The notes under the pieces were generated by a model, which had not been told where the DNA came from, made no database searches, and saw only the letters and a list, made by a program, of their open reading frames with translations. A program made the translations under genes and the position numbers. A stretch of DNA of 64,000 nt, from NCBI GenBank assembly GCA_024698285.1, contig JAILRJ010000044.1:7134-71133 (forward strand), given 5' to 3'. Below, in pieces: positions 63,527 to 64,000 of this stretch. Numbering within the stretch: position 1 is the stretch's first letter; every line of letters starts with the position of its first letter. The stretch is from Lachnospiraceae bacterium. Its GTDB lineage: Bacteria > Bacillota > Clostridia > Lachnospirales > Lachnospiraceae.

Positions 63527-64000
63527 TTACTTCTCCATTGCTCTGTATCTGTCGTAACGTTCTTTTGCTTCTCTTGCTCCCTGGGCAAAGAGCTTCTTCG
63601 CATTTTCGGGGAATGTCTTTCCGAGTGACGAATACCTTGTCTCTCCGGCAAGGAACTCCTCGTAATCGAGCGTCGGCTCTTTGGAGTCTACGACAAGCGG
63701 CTGAGGAAGTCTCGGATCATAATGGTAAAGTGTCCAGTATCCGCTCTGAACGGCACGCTTCATCTCTTCCTGTGCGGCACCCATTCCGGCTTTGATACCG
63801 TGGGTTATGCAAGGTGTGTATGCGATTATGATCGAAGGACCGTCATATTCCTCGGCTTCCTTCAATACCTTGATCAGCTGATTGGGATTGGCTCCCATAC
63901 TTACCGATGCGACATACACATTTCCGTATGTCATGAATATGGCTCCGAGATCCTTCTTCTTGGTAGTCTTTCCCGAGGAAGCGAACTGTGCAACGGCTCC
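63527..64000 (-). CDS. nifJ: Pyruvate:ferredoxin (flavodoxin) oxidoreductase, C-terminal end (5' part beyond the right edge)
   Basis: The reading frame stays open past the track's ATG 63934 to base 64000 (...GAVAQFASSGKTTKKKDLGAIFMTYGNVYVASVSMGANPNQLIKVLKEAEEYDGPSIIIAYTPCITHG...), which is typical of the PFOR TPP-domain C-terminus. Confidence 0.85.
   Translation of the reverse strand, partial: GAVAQFASSGKTTKKKDLGAIFMTYGNVYVASVSMGANPNQLIKVLKEAEEYDGPSIIIAYTPCITHGIKAGMGAAQEEMKRAVQSGYWTLYHYDPRLPQPLVVDSKEPTLDYEEFLAGETRYSSLGKTFPENAKKLFAQGAREAKERYDRYRAMEK

Noticed and set aside
5248-63651. Longer N-terminal extensions offered by the ORF track for several genes (starts at 5301, 13373, 17910, 19102, 27062, 30537, 34679, 43930, 44837, 63651)
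   Set aside because: Each extension would overlap the upstream gene by tens to hundreds of nt. Each also adds Arg/Ser-rich non-homologous residues ahead of a recognisable signal peptide, Rossmann start or family N-terminus. Internal ATGs positioned at the upstream stop, often with an SD, fit better.
1-64000. Search by eye for CRISPR arrays, IS elements or transposases, integrases, phage genes, toxin-antitoxin pairs, rRNA and tRNA
   Set aside because: I found no spaced direct repeats and no transposase, recombinase or phage-like ORFs. The intergenic space is at most 221 nt and is already explained by promoters and terminators, so it is too small for RNA genes. A covariance-model scan would be needed to exclude small ncRNAs inside coding regions.

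Overview
The window looks like chromosome from a flagellated Firmicute, probably Clostridia and possibly Lachnospiraceae; the taxon is an inference from gene content and synteny only. I count about 58 protein genes. All but one (rfbD) are on the minus strand. Packing is very tight: only six intergenic gaps exceed 40 nt, and many stop/start codons overlap (ATGA, TGATG). I found no rRNA, tRNA, CRISPR array, IS element, integrase or prophage. Layout as transcribed, right to left: (i) 64000-40827 is one gap-free string: PFOR 3' end, MoxR-DUF58-transglutaminase triad, MFS transporter, uvrB, a GT2/MBOAT/AlgJ-like envelope module wedged between uvrB and uvrA, uvrA, then a glycan module (small phosphoglycosyl transferase, SDR, WbuB-like GT4, GT2, GT4, lipoprotein, secreted SGNH protein, acidic Ser/Gly/His-rich protein) closed by a clear terminator. 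(ii) 40605-30256 holds mreB/mbl, two flagellar rod genes, a rod-binding protein, recD2, comFC, yvyF, two unknown membrane proteins, cdaA-cdaR and an HPr-like gene. (iii) rfbD sits alone on the plus strand. (iv) 29219-1 is a 29-kb uninterrupted polysaccharide super-operon. It opens with five uncharacterised membrane-protein genes. It then carries five glycosyltransferases (GT2/GT-A and GT4 families), two initiating sugar transferases, a Wzy-Wzx-Wzy set, capD/E/F/G-like UDP-FucNAc genes, a WbsX-like protein and a Capsule_synth-like protein. It ends with a NeuB-family synthase, a second flippase and a cytidylyltransferase::PseG-like fusion. Best candidates for new biology are the five-gene membrane block (23817-29219), the nonulosonic-acid branch that lacks any visible aminotransferase or acetyltransferase, the envelope module embedded in uvrBA, and the export-less glycan module ending in a Ser/His-rich secreted protein. 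All family calls come from motifs recognised by eye; no database search was run.
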